From Vicinamibacterales bacterium (GTDB lineage Bacteria; Acidobacteriota; Vicinamibacteria; Vicinamibacterales; UBA8438): DNA of 64,000 bases. Positions 37,436 through 45,955 of the stretch are shown in pieces. Both the position numbers and the translations under genes were made by a program. The notes below the pieces were generated by a model. It saw only the letters and a program-made list of their open reading frames with translations. It made no database searches and was not told the origin of the DNA. The first letter of the stretch is position 1. Each line of letters starts with the position of its first letter. The stretch lies in the NCBI GenBank assembly GCA_965206705.1, contig CBDBKJ010000006.1, forward strand, positions 1,849,355 through 1,913,354. The letters run 5' to 3'.

Positions 37436-38794
37436 TTACACGCCGGTCAACCGGCCGAGCCGACCGGTGCTGTCGCCGAACGCCTCCACCGGCGTCCCCA
37501 GCTTCTCGAGAATCGTGACGTGCAGATTGGCGAGCGGCGTGTCCTGGGGATAGCGGACGTATCGGCCGCCGGTGATGCCGGCGTTCTTCCCCCCGACGAG
37601 GGCCACCGGCAGATCGTCGTGGAAGTGCGTATTGCTGTCGCTGATGCCGGTGCCGTAGAGGAACAGGGTGGAGTCGAGCATCGACCCGTCCCCCTCGGGA
37701 ATGGCGTCGAGCTTCGCCACGAGGTAGGCGAACTGCCGGAAATGGTACTCGTTGATGAGATGCAGCCGGTTGAGCTTGGCCGGCTCGTCCTGGTGGTGCG
37801 ACAGCGGATGGTGCGAGTCGGGCACGCCAATCTCCGGATAGGCGCGTCCGCTGACCTCTCGCGCCAGCATGAAGGTGCTGATGCGGGTCAGGTCGGTCTG
37901 GTAGGCGAGCGCCAGCAGGTCCATCATCAACGTCGCGTGCTCGAGGTAGTCGCTCGGCACCCCGATCGGCTGGTCGACGACCGGCAGCTCGCGGGTGTTC
38001 TGCTCCTCGGCCATCGCGATCCGCCGCTCGATGTCCCGGACCGCCTCGGCGTACTCGTCGAGCTTGGCCCGGTCGCCCGGTCCCACGACCTGTCCCAGCC
38101 CGCGCAGCTCGTCGTTCACCAGATCGAGGATGCTCCGGTCGCGCCGCATCCGCGCCAGCCGCGCCGCCGGGTCGGTACTGCCGCTGGTGCCGAACAGCCG
38201 CTCGAACACCGCGCGCGGGTCGTTCTCGATCGGCAGCGGGGTGGTCGGCGTCCGCCAGGCGATGGTGTTGGTATAGGCGCAGCTCGCACCGCCGTCGCAG
38301 TTCCCGACCATCGCGTTCGACTCGATGCCCAGCTCGAGCGACGCCAGCTGGGTTTCCTTCTCCAGCTCGCGGGCCGCGATCTGGTCCACCGAGATCGCAT
38401 TGGAGACGTCGGCCCCGTTGGTCATCTTGTAGGGCACGCAGGTCAGGAAGGTGCCGGCAGACCGGGCGTGGTCGCCGCCGCCCTTGACGAGGTTGGCCGA
38501 CTCGTCGTCGAGGCCGCCGCAGATGACCACCTTGTCCCGGAACGCCTCCAGCGAGCCCATCGTCGGCGGCAGGCTCTCCAGCTTCCCCGGCTCGTGCCGC
38601 GGGTACCAGTAGGGCATCGACATTCCGTTCGGCACGTAGAACACGCCGAAGCGCTTGATCGGCGCGGCGGCGGTCCGGCTCTGCGCGGTCAGGGCCGGGA
38701 CCATGCCGTCGAGCAACGGGAGGGCCACGGTGGCGCCGAGACCGCGCAGGACGGTGCGACGAGGCAGATGCATTCGCGTGATGAACATGGCCAC
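37436..38794 (-). CDS. DUF1552 domain protein, TAT-exported (module 2)
   Basis: MFITRMHLPRRTVLRGLGATVALPLLDGMVP and GVPDSHHPLSHHQ. Paralog of 8897..10246 and 47970..49343. Confidence 0.85.
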   Translation of the reverse strand: MAMFITRMHLPRRTVLRGLGATVALPLLDGMVPALTAQSRTAAAPIKRFGVFYVPNGMSMPYWYPRHEPGKLESLPPTMGSLEAFRDKVVICGGLDDESANLVKGGGDHARSAGTFLTCVPYKMTNGADVSNAISVDQIAARELEKETQLASLELGIESNAMVGNCDGGASCAYTNTIAWRTPTTPLPIENDPRAVFERLFGTSGSTDPAARLARMRRDRSILDLVNDELRGLGQVVGPGDRAKLDEYAEAVRDIERRIAMAEEQNTRELPVVDQPIGVPSDYLEHATLMMDLLALAYQTDLTRISTFMLAREVSGRAYPEIGVPDSHHPLSHHQDEPAKLNRLHLINEYHFRQFAYLVAKLDAIPEGDGSMLDSTLFLYGTGISDSNTHFHDDLPVALVGGKNAGITGGRYVRYPQDTPLANLHVTILEKLGTPVEAFGDSTGRLGRLTGV

Positions 38795-38914
38795 TCTCCA
38801 GAAGTACCGAAACGCAAGGGCCCGCAGGCCGCTCGCCCGGACAGCGCGCCTTGCGGCTTCGCTGCCCGCCCAACCGATCCTACAGGAACCCGTGCCCGTC
38901 CGGGGCGCGGATTC

Positions 38915-41320
38915 CTACGGCTGGGCGTCCACCAGGGTTTCCACCGCCTGGGGCGCGCGGCGCATCAGGAACGGCTCGCTCGTGACGACGCCGAGAACCA
39001 GCGACGACCAGCGGTAGTCGTCGTGCTCCAGGTTCCGCACTATCCGTCGCAGGGTCGGCGCATCGTAGTAGTCGACGCCGCGGCCCAGCGCATAGATCAG
39101 CAGCTTCTCGGCCACGGTGTGCACGAACTCGTGCCCGGACGCGAGCAACCCCTCGCGGAACGCGCGGGGGTTGTCGACGGTCGCGCCGTTCCACTCGATC
39201 GTCGCGTTGATCTCGGCCCCGCCGTCGCTCTCCCGCCAGCGTCCGATGGCGTCGAAGTGCTCCATCGCGAAGCCCAGCGGGTCCATCCGGGTGTGACAGC
39301 TCGCGCAGACCGGGCTGCTGCGATGCTGCTCCATCCGCTCGCGCAGCGACGTCGGACGGGCGCGGTCGCTCTCGGGCAGCGGCGGCACGTTGGCCGGCGG
39401 GGGCGGCGGCGGCGCGCCGAGCAACGTCTCGAGCACCCACAGGCCGCGCAGCACCACCGACGTCCGGTTCGCGTAGGAGGTGACGGTCAGCAGGCTCGCG
39501 TGCCCCAGCAGCCCGTGCCGGCGGTCGTCGTTCCATTGGTGGCGCCGGAAGTGGCTGCCGTAGATGTCGTCCACGCCGTAGTGGCGCGCGAGCTGCTCGT
39601 TCAGGAACGTGTAGTCGGCCCGCAACAGGTCCTGCAACGGGCGGTCCTCCCGTAGCTGGCTCTGGAAGAACAGCTCCGTCTCGCGGACCATCGCCTTGCG
39701 CAGCGAATCGTTGAACCCCGCGAAGAGCGCGCCGTCGGGGTCCTGCGAATAGAGGTTCCGCACCTGCAGCCACTGGCCCGCGAAGTCGTCCATGAACCGC
39801 GTGGCCCGCGGGTCGGCGAGCATCCGGCCCACCTGCCCGGCGAGTGTATCGGGGTCGCTCAGGGCGTCCCGCTCGGCCAGCTCGAGCAGCTCGTCGTCGG
39901 GAACGCTCTTCCACAGGAAGAACGACAGCCGGGTCGCCAGTTCGAGGTCGGTCAGGCGGTAGATGGCGCCGGCCGGGGTGTCCACGGGCTGCCGCTCGAC
40001 CCGCATCAGGAACTGCGGCATCGAGAGCAGGGCCTCGAGCGCCCGCTCTATCCCCGCCTCGAAGTCTCGTTCCCGCCGTCCCTCGCGGTAGATGCCCATC
40101 AGCGGCTCGACGTCATCCGAGCCGACCGGGCGGCGGTAGGCCCGGCGGGCAAGCTGGGCGATGATCGCGCGCGCACAGGGCTCTTCGTCCTCCGCCCGGT
40201 CCGGCCGGCACGTGAAGATGCGCCTGCGGCTGGGGGTATCGTCCGGCACCGCGCCGTCGAACGGTCCGGAGACGAAGACCTGGTGGATGCCCGGCAACAG
40301 ACCGGGGGGATGCGGAGACGGCGCCGAGTCGGTGAACGCGACCGACAGCAGCCGGGTCCCCGCCTCGACCGGCACCCGGACCTCCAGCGCGCGGTCCGCG
40401 GTCATCCGGTACTCGTGCAGCCGCTGCCCCTCGACGTCGTCTTCCGGGACCGCGATCAGCGAGCCGGGGTCGGGGCCGGGATACTGCCCCCCGATGGCGA
40501 ACTGCTCGACCAGGGCATGGTCGATCCGGATCTCGATCTCGTGCTCGCTCTCGGCGATGCCGTCGATCGTCTCGATGGTCTCGTTGCGCTTGAGCCGGAT
40601 GGCGAAGAGGTACTCGCCGTCCAGGGGGAAATGGTGTCGAACGGCCAGCCCGCCGTGGGTGGCGAACGGCAGATCCTCACCCGCCCGCACGTCACGCTGC
40701 TCGTAGCCCACCTCGTAGAGCTGCATGACCGGACGGGTGTCCGGGCTGCCGACGGCGGCCCGGCTGATCTTCGTCGCGGCCGCGATGTAGCGGGCCATCA
40801 ATCCCGGCGTGACCGACAGCACGTCGGCGTTGTTGTCGAAGCCGAATCCCGCCATGTCCGACGGCAGCAGCTCCTCGCCGTTGACCTCGAGGCCCAGCAG
40901 ATCCTCGATGACGTTGACGTACTCGACGCGGTTCAACCGCCGCGACGCCACCCGCCCCGGATTCGGGTCGGCCGCCGCCACCCGATCGAGCGCGTGCTCG
41001 AGGGACGTCACGAAGGCGTCGACCACCGCGCCGTCGGGGCGTGGCCGTCCCTCCGGCGGCATCTGTCCGCTGCGCAGCTTGTGGACGACCTTCTCGAGGA
41101 TCGGCGCGTGAGCTGCGGCCTGCGTGGGATCCACCTCGCCGAGGTCGAGCCCGCCGGTCAGCAGGCGCGGGTTGTGGCAGGTGACGCAGTAGCGGTCGAA
41201 CAACTCGCGGGACGGCGGGTCGGCATCCCCTTGACCGGCGGCCACCGCCACCGGCCATGCCGCGAACGCCACTCCCAACGCCAGGGTCGCACGGATGACT
41301 CGCTCGAGCATGGCCGCCAC
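38915..41320 (-). CDS. DUF1592/DUF1588/DUF1585-type protein with two CxxCH motifs (module 2)
   Basis: LFDRYCVTCHNPRL and SSPVCASCHTRMDPLGFAMEHFD. Collinear with the other two paralogs. Confidence 0.85.
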   Translation of the reverse strand: MAAMLERVIRATLALGVAFAAWPVAVAAGQGDADPPSRELFDRYCVTCHNPRLLTGGLDLGEVDPTQAAAHAPILEKVVHKLRSGQMPPEGRPRPDGAVVDAFVTSLEHALDRVAAADPNPGRVASRRLNRVEYVNVIEDLLGLEVNGEELLPSDMAGFGFDNNADVLSVTPGLMARYIAAATKISRAAVGSPDTRPVMQLYEVGYEQRDVRAGEDLPFATHGGLAVRHHFPLDGEYLFAIRLKRNETIETIDGIAESEHEIEIRIDHALVEQFAIGGQYPGPDPGSLIAVPEDDVEGQRLHEYRMTADRALEVRVPVEAGTRLLSVAFTDSAPSPHPPGLLPGIHQVFVSGPFDGAVPDDTPSRRRIFTCRPDRAEDEEPCARAIIAQLARRAYRRPVGSDDVEPLMGIYREGRRERDFEAGIERALEALLSMPQFLMRVERQPVDTPAGAIYRLTDLELATRLSFFLWKSVPDDELLELAERDALSDPDTLAGQVGRMLADPRATRFMDDFAGQWLQVRNLYSQDPDGALFAGFNDSLRKAMVRETELFFQSQLREDRPLQDLLRADYTFLNEQLARHYGVDDIYGSHFRRHQWNDDRRHGLLGHASLLTVTSYANRTSVVLRGLWVLETLLGAPPPPPPANVPPLPESDRARPTSLRERMEQHRSSPVCASCHTRMDPLGFAMEHFDAIGRWRESDGGAEINATIEWNGATVDNPRAFREGLLASGHEFVHTVAEKLLIYALGRGVDYYDAPTLRRIVRNLEHDDYRWSSLVLGVVTSEPFLMRRAPQAVETLVDAQP

Positions 41321-41389
41321 CTCTTCACTCTCCGGGTCCGGGACCCCAGTATAACGCCAGACGGTCCCCGAATCCGCGTGCGTACGGAT

Positions 41390-42562
41390 TCAGGCGACCA
41401 TCACGGTTCTCGGGAACTGCGAGTTGTCCTCGAGGCCGGTCTGCTTGATGGCCGACAGCTCGTCGCTCGTCGGCTGCACGTTGCCGTTCACGTCGGTGAC
41501 GCGGGACACCAGGGTGTGCTCGCCCGACGAGGCCCCGGTCCACGTGAACCGGAACAGCTTCCACGAGTACTGACCGCTGGTCGACGGGTCCAGCGTCGCC
41601 GCCTGCCACGCCCCGTCGTCCACCTTGACCTGCACCCCGCGCAGCGGCGTGCCGTCGTGCAGGACGAAGCCGAGCACCTCGTGACGGTCGCCGACCCGGG
41701 TCACCCGCGCGATCACCGACTTGACGCGCAGGCGAGAGACCTCGGTCTCGTGCCACACCGTTTCGCCGCCGATCTCCTCGGACCACAGGGTGCGATACCA
41801 CCGCGCCTGCCACTTGCCGACGAACCGCTCCGACTGCAGGCGGATGTGGGAGAGCCACTTCACGTTGCTCACGCCGTACCAGCCGGGCACCAGCAGCCGC
41901 AACGGCGAACCCTGCTCCAGCGTCAGCGGCGCCCCGTTCAGCGCATAGGCCAGCAGCGGTCCCGTGGTCATTCCGTCGGCCAGCGACAGGCTGCGGGCGA
42001 ACGGCTGATCGACCTCGTGCGGGGTCCCCCGGAAGTCGACGGTCTCCGGTCCCTTGTCGGCGCCGAAGAAGACGACCTCGCGAGCCGACGGCTTCACCCC
42101 GACCAGATCGAGCACCGCGCGCAGCGGCACGCCCGTCCACCGGCCGTTGCTCGCCAACCCCTGGATGAGCCGGCGCGAGTTGCCCGAGCATTCGTAGCCG
42201 GCGTCGATCTCGATGCTGTCCATGCCCCGCAGATCGTCGAGACTCAGCCCCGCGGGCCGATCGACGAGACCGGACACCCCCAGGCTGAACCCGGCCGGAT
42301 CGACGACCGGCTTGTCGAAGTGCTGAATCGTGTAGAAGGAATCGGCCGGGGTGTACGGGCCGTCGATGTTCCGGACGTCGTAGATGCGGATGGCGGCGGC
42401 GGGGTTCGGCTGCCCGAAGTTCTCCGGCACGTCGGTGAACGGCACCGGCGTCTCGCCCTGAGCCAGGGCCGGCAGCGCCCACCCGGGCACGCCGATCACC
42501 CCCGCGCCGGCCAACGCCAGACTCTGCTTCATCATCTCCCGCCGGGTCGTTCCATTCGTCAT
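41390..42562 (-). CDS. Sulfite-oxidase-family molybdopterin oxidoreductase (SorA-like), TAT-exported
   Basis: MTNGTTRREMMKQSLALAGAGV (TAT signal), Moco-Cys motif GYECSGNSRR, LLVPGWYGVSNVKWL, and a C-terminal Ig-like dimerisation domain. Confidence 0.85.
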   Translation of the reverse strand: MTNGTTRREMMKQSLALAGAGVIGVPGWALPALAQGETPVPFTDVPENFGQPNPAAAIRIYDVRNIDGPYTPADSFYTIQHFDKPVVDPAGFSLGVSGLVDRPAGLSLDDLRGMDSIEIDAGYECSGNSRRLIQGLASNGRWTGVPLRAVLDLVGVKPSAREVVFFGADKGPETVDFRGTPHEVDQPFARSLSLADGMTTGPLLAYALNGAPLTLEQGSPLRLLVPGWYGVSNVKWLSHIRLQSERFVGKWQARWYRTLWSEEIGGETVWHETEVSRLRVKSVIARVTRVGDRHEVLGFVLHDGTPLRGVQVKVDDGAWQAATLDPSTSGQYSWKLFRFTWTGASSGEHTLVSRVTDVNGNVQPTSDELSAIKQTGLEDNSQFPRTVMVA

Positions 42563-42612
42563 CGCGCGCTCCTTGCCGGCATCGCGGGCCGGCGGGTCTT
42601 GCCGCTTCCGGA

Positions 42613-42745
42613 ACCGGCGCTCTTGCGCCGGCGTGCCGTCCGGGCCGGCGTGTCGTGCCGGACCGGCGTCTCGTCCTGGGCCGGGCCGGCGTATCGTTAC
42701 CGAGCCGGCGTCTCGTGACCGAGCGTTACCGAGCCGGCGTCTTAC
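42613..42745. repeat. Degenerate tandem array (6-7 units, 17-29 nt spacing) of RCCGGCGT-NTCGTNNCCG
   Basis: GCCGGCGT (or ACCGGCGT at 42662) occurs at 42627, 42644, 42662, 42685, 42704 and 42733, with a weaker copy at 42613. The array fills the spacer between two co-directional genes. Confidence 0.7.
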
Positions 42746-43728
42746 TGGGACCCGTCCTCCGCGCTGACGGCCGCGCCGGCGAGGATGTTGAACAGGCCGT
42801 AGTTGCCTTCGTGGCAGGCGTACTCGTACAGCGGATACTGATTGCGCTGCATCGGCACCGAGTAGGTCCAGGGCCGGGTCCAGACCGTCGGATCGTCGAC
42901 CGTCACGTCGTACTGCAACGTGTCGCCGTCCACCCGGGTGAAACGCTCGATCAGCGTCAGACTGGGGGTGGTCGCGCCTCGCTGGAAGTTCGTTTCGCGG
43001 AGGAAGTTGGTGGTCTCGACGACCAGGGTGTCGCCATCCCACCGGCCGCGCGAATCACCGGTCCACTGCCGGACGGAGCCTTCGAGATGGTCGCGCCCGT
43101 CCAGCGGCACGACGCGGGCGTTGTGGTTCATCTCTGCGAAGAGGACGACCGTATCCTCGGTCTGGAACACCTGCAGGTTGTTGTTGTAGGCGCTCGGGGC
43201 CATCGGCGGACCCGAGTTGAAGCCGAGGATGCAGCGCACCTGCAGCCCGCCGGGACCCAGATCCTCGACGAAGCCCCCGGGCGTCGGCTCGTGGTTCGAC
43301 ACGCCGCTGCGCGCCTCCGCCAGGGCTTCCTGCCGCTGCCGGGCCTCTTCGGTCAGGGGCGGGATGCGGCCGTCGGGGGGATCGACGATCAGCGACGTGC
43401 GCTCGGTGGTTACCGAGGTCCCCTCATCGAACCAGAAATCGTTGTACGGCACCACGCGGTCCGAGGTGTCGTTGTCGCGGCTCCTCCGCTGAATGGTCGC
43501 AGCCGCGAACTCCGCCGCCTGCTCGGCCGAGAAGCGCTCATCCCCCGCCAGCTCCTCCGGGCGCTCCATCGGGGTCAGGCTGCGAAAATCCCAGACACCC
43601 TGCAGATCCGGGGCGCCCCACGCGGTGCGGGGCGCGGCCGGCGCCTCGGTCTGGGCGCCGGCGCCGGCCGGCGCCAACGTCCCGAGCGCCACCGCGGTCA
43701 GCGAACAGGCGATCAATCGACAATCCAT
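42742..43728 (-). CDS. Secreted conserved hypothetical protein ('YEYACHEGNYG' family), copy A
   Basis: Signal peptide MDCRLIACSLTAVALGTLAPAGAGAQ. It is collinear with 55155..56078 (PDLQGVW, NDFWF, SLIVDPPDGRIPP, GDSRGRWDGDTLVVETTNF, ERFTRVD, YEYACHEGNYG). Confidence 0.75.
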   Translation of the reverse strand: MDCRLIACSLTAVALGTLAPAGAGAQTEAPAAPRTAWGAPDLQGVWDFRSLTPMERPEELAGDERFSAEQAAEFAAATIQRRSRDNDTSDRVVPYNDFWFDEGTSVTTERTSLIVDPPDGRIPPLTEEARQRQEALAEARSGVSNHEPTPGGFVEDLGPGGLQVRCILGFNSGPPMAPSAYNNNLQVFQTEDTVVLFAEMNHNARVVPLDGRDHLEGSVRQWTGDSRGRWDGDTLVVETTNFLRETNFQRGATTPSLTLIERFTRVDGDTLQYDVTVDDPTVWTRPWTYSVPMQRNQYPLYEYACHEGNYGLFNILAGAAVSAEDGSQ

Positions 43729-44045
43729 CTTCCACCTCCATGACAGCCCGGGGTGACGGCCCACCCGGGGCGCGAGACCACGACACCGGTGTCTCCGGCG
43801 CAGACGGAGGGTGTTCGCCGCACGGGACGGGCACCCGCGACCGACGTTGCCAACCGTATATGTATACCCCATGTCCGCCTCTGGCGGCGGCACCATCCGG
43901 TCGGCGGCGGCAGGAGCCCCGGCCCGCGGCATCGGTGTTGCCGGTCGCCGGTGCCGGCGCGGCGCCCTCCCGGCCGGCGACAGGAGCCTGCCCGACGAGC
44001 CGGTCCGGCGGCGGGATGACGACCGCGACGGCGGTCATCGCGCCC

Positions 44046-44939
44046 TCACCGGTCCGGCCACGCCCGCTCGACCACCCGATCGAACGGGCGCGCCACGCGT
44101 TGCATCCGGTAGGCCTGCCGGCGGCGCAGGTCGTATCGATCCCCGGCCCCCAGGAAGTAGAACCGCCCCCCCGAGTCGAGCAGCCGCTGATGGTCGTAGA
44201 TGACGACGTAGCTGCGTCCCATCACCTCGAACTGATCGCCCTCGACGACGATCGCCGTATCCTCGTCGAGCCCGATGCCCAGCAGATGGGGATGGGCCTC
44301 GATCACCTCGATGAGGTCGAACTGACGATTGCGCCGCAGCAGGTGCTGGTCGATCGCGGTGTCGCGCAGGAAACCGAAGCCGACCTCGTGGTCGCCCATC
44401 ATGACCGTGTTGGTGGCGGTGTCGCCGCGGGCGAGATAAGAGCCCAGGATCGTCGCGCCGGCCGACGAGCCTCCGACCACCCCGCCGCGCCGGAGCACCC
44501 CGGCGACCTCTTCCTGCACGAGCGTGTCGAGATAGGCATCGGCGAGGCGCCACTGCCGCCCCCCCGGAAACCACACCCCGCGCGCCTGCCGCAGCGGAGC
44601 GCTGAACGCCGGGTCGTCGGCCACCGCGCGATCCGTCGTGTGCAGCACCGTCAGGTTGGCGGCCCCGGCCTCCCTGAATGCGCTAAGTCCCGGATAGTGC
44701 TCATCGTAGGTCTCGCCGCCGCCGGCCGTCGGAATGACCACGATCGGAGCCTCGGGCCCACCCGCCAGCTGGACGAACCGCTCGACGATCGCCGGATCCT
44801 GCATCGCGCCGCCGACGATCACCAGCGCCCCCCGCGCCGGTCCCACCTCCTGAGCCGCGGGCCGGGCCTGCGCCAGCCAGCCGATGGTCCAGACCGCGAC
44901 GACGACGCTCGCACCGACCCAGGCTCTGCTCCGCATCAT
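44046..44939 (-). CDS. Peptidase S51 / cyanophycinase-like protein, secreted
   Basis: ALVIVGGAMQ..., VIPTAGGGE, GGSSAGATILG (nucleophile elbow), and DQHLLRRNRQFDL. Confidence 0.8.
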   Translation of the reverse strand: MMRSRAWVGASVVVAVWTIGWLAQARPAAQEVGPARGALVIVGGAMQDPAIVERFVQLAGGPEAPIVVIPTAGGGETYDEHYPGLSAFREAGAANLTVLHTTDRAVADDPAFSAPLRQARGVWFPGGRQWRLADAYLDTLVQEEVAGVLRRGGVVGGSSAGATILGSYLARGDTATNTVMMGDHEVGFGFLRDTAIDQHLLRRNRQFDLIEVIEAHPHLLGIGLDEDTAIVVEGDQFEVMGRSYVVIYDHQRLLDSGGRFYFLGAGDRYDLRRRQAYRMQRVARPFDRVVERAWPDR

Positions 44940-45091
44940 CCGCCCTTCGCAGGAATGAAATCGAAGCGGAATTGTATAACGGCGCCACGAACTGGCTGGC
45001 ATTCTGGACGCGGAAAGTCTGCCGGGTTGCCGGCCTTCCGGCGGGGAGGTTGCAGGACCATCGACAGCGCGATCGAGGAAACCGTGTGGAC

Positions 45092-45490
45092 TCAGGGCAC
45101 GAGGGCAGAGTGGTTGCCGCGGGCCGATCGCCGATCGAACGTATAGGTGCATGTACACCCATGCGCGTGGTTGCGATGGGCGATCAGATAGTCCGCGAAG
45201 TCGGCGGCGCCGAATTCGAACTCGCGCAATGCAGCCCAGACGGTGTCGCGATCCTCGACCGCGAACTCGGCCGTCCGCAGGATTTGGCGCATCACCGGGA
45301 TGACGACGGCCTTTTCTTGGTGGTAGGCGGTCGTCAGGACCCACACCAACTCGACCAGCACGGGCACGCTGACGTAGCCGGGCGACTGCGCCGTGCAGCC
45401 CCCTTCGATGAGGCGCACCACGGCGGCCGCCTGCTCGGGATCGTCCTGCACGATGTAGCGCACCAGGATGTTCGTGTCGAGACCGATCAT
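45092..45490 (-). CDS. vapC: PIN-domain VapC-family toxin
   Basis: MIGLDTNILVRYIVQDDPEQ... with downstream acidic PIN residues. The start overlaps the stop of the antitoxin gene (ATGA). Confidence 0.8.
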   Translation of the reverse strand: MIGLDTNILVRYIVQDDPEQAAAVVRLIEGGCTAQSPGYVSVPVLVELVWVLTTAYHQEKAVVIPVMRQILRTAEFAVEDRDTVWAALREFEFGAADFADYLIAHRNHAHGCTCTYTFDRRSARGNHSALVP

Positions 45491-45732
45491 CGGATTAACG
45501 AGCGGCGGGCGGCCGCCTTCGCGATGGCTGCGTCCATCTCCTGCAGGCTGACCGGGACTGCCGGTTTCGGCACCATGCCCTTCAGTTGCGTCACCGACGC
45601 GGTGACGGGCGTGACTCGCAGGCCGTCGCCTTCCAGCATGAAGTCGATCTTGTCGCCCGGTTTGAGGTGAAGCTTGTCCCGAATCGGTTTGGGCAGGGTC
45701 ACCTGCCCCTTGCTGGTAATCGTCGCCTGCAT
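45487..45732 (-). CDS. AbrB/MazE/SpoVT-family antitoxin
   Basis: MQATITSKGQVTLPKPIRDKLHLKPGDKIDF is the swapped-hairpin AbrB-type DNA-binding motif. Confidence 0.85.
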   Translation of the reverse strand: MQATITSKGQVTLPKPIRDKLHLKPGDKIDFMLEGDGLRVTPVTASVTQLKGMVPKPAVPVSLQEMDAAIAKAAARRSLIR

Positions 45733-45750
45733 TACATTCTCCCCGCAATC

Positions 45751-45766
45751 CTTACATATAGGTAAG
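45751..45766. promoter_or_regulatory. Inverted repeat CTTAC-ATATAG-GTAAG upstream of abrB-vapC
   Basis: Perfect 5-bp arms, 19 nt upstream of the antitoxin start codon, AT-rich. Candidate operator or -10 region. Confidence 0.35.
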
Positions 45767-45955
45767 ATACAGCCGGGTGGAAGCTGAGGTCAAGGACGGG
45801 TCGCCCGGACCCGTTCCCGTCTCGGGGCGCCATGCTGGCCGACCTGCGCACCGTGATGACGCCCTGGAGCGGGAATCGGCGGAGACCGAGGAACGGGCGG
45901 TGGCCTGTGTGGCGGCGACGCGGGCGAAGAGAGTTTGCTGGTCTGCGGATATCCG

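Noticed and set aside
42613-42745. Considered whether this array, or the repeats at 51987-52157, could be a CRISPR array.
   Set aside because: The units are only about 17-29 nt apart with no unique spacers of CRISPR size, the repeats are degenerate, and no cas genes are nearby.
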